Shown here piece by piece: positions 63,434-64,000 of a stretch of DNA of 64,000 nucleotides. The notes beneath the pieces were generated by a model. That model searched no databases. It saw only the letters and a list, made by a program, of their open reading frames with translations, and was not told the DNA's origin. Origin of the DNA: Candidatus Moanibacter sp. (GTDB taxonomy: Bacteria; Verrucomicrobiota; Verrucomicrobiia; Opitutales; UBA2987); assembly GCA_965215885.1 (NCBI GenBank), contig CBDCEW010000105.1, forward strand, positions 1 to 64,000. Direction: 5' to 3'. A program made the position numbers and the translations under genes. The stretch's first letter is position 1. Each line of letters starts with the position of its first letter.

Positions 63434-64000
63434 TTGTCGAAGCGCCCCTGGTTGGTCGCGTCTCTTCTCTCCCTCCTCTTCGCCGGCATGGCCCGGGCAG
63501 ATCTTTTCGATGCCCACGATCCCATCGCCATCACATTGGAGTTGCCGTATGCCGACCTTGTCGAGCAACTGGGTGCGGGGGAGGATCCGGAAAACAAACC
63601 GGTTTATCTTGGTGCGCGCCTCACCTTCCGTGATCCCAATCTCGGAGAACAGACTGTAGATGTCCGTGTCAAGGCTCGAGGGAGACTTCGCCGCCGACCC
63701 GAAATTTGCTACTTCCCGCCCATCTGGATCGATTTCAAAAAGAAATCGGTCAAAGGAACCCTGTTTGAAGGACAGAACAAAGTTAAGCTTGTTGCCCACT
63801 GTCGAGGCGACGCCATCTTCGAACAGTATGTTATGAAGGAATTTCTCGTCTACCGGACATTAAACCTCCTGACCGATCACAGCTTCCGTGTGCGCCTGGC
63901 GCGGGTGACCTACAAGGACTTGAAGGGGAAGCGCAAGCCCAGGACGAAGTATGCCTTCTTCATCGAGGCCGAGAAGGATCTCGGGGATAGAATTGGAGGC
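63434..64000 (+). CDS. Exported protein, CotH-kinase-like (partial; 5' end abuts the IS)
   Basis: Open frame with signal-like WLVASLLSLLFAGMARA, then ARGRLRR...CYFPP, KLVAHC, KEFLVY, SFRVRL. Confidence 0.6.
   Translation, partial: MSKRPWLVASLLSLLFAGMARADLFDAHDPIAITLELPYADLVEQLGAGEDPENKPVYLGARLTFRDPNLGEQTVDVRVKARGRLRRRPEICYFPPIWIDFKKKSVKGTLFEGQNKVKLVAHCRGDAIFEQYVMKEFLVYRTLNLLTDHSFRVRLARVTYKDLKGKRKPRTKYAFFIEAEKDLGDRIGG

Overview
Bacterial chromosomal window, probably PVC superphylum / Verrucomicrobiota-like (an inference from a PEP-CTERM tail and the repeat types). Intact genes include a SulP-STAS-cNMP transporter, HD hydrolase, msrA, nitrilase-family hydrolase, OPT transporter, SMUG1-type uracil-DNA glycosylase, desaturase, mlaEFDC, quinone reductase, FHA-class III cyclase, sugar-acid enolase, PuuD-like hydrolase, SDR, PhyH dioxygenases, two AAA_14/DUF4143 ATPases and a DEAD-box helicase. 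About 17 kb (about 27%) is insertion sequence: four 1917-bp IS5/ISNCY-like copies, two DUF4338-ISAs1 copies, two different IS4 elements and one unclassified two-ORF transposase element. Several MITE/REP-like families and many broken genes are also present. The most striking items are: (1) a 158-bp structured tandem-repeat array with a double-domain GxxExxY nuclease-like gene sitting cassette-like in the variable slot of one unit; (2) an enolase-superfamily gene with an in-frame UGA followed directly by a 12-bp hairpin; (3) a roughly 1107-aa kinase-TM-PEGA-TolB-propeller gene that can be rebuilt in frame after removing four independent lesions. No rRNA, tRNA or CRISPR array was recognised. All calls come from reading motifs by eye; no searches were run.
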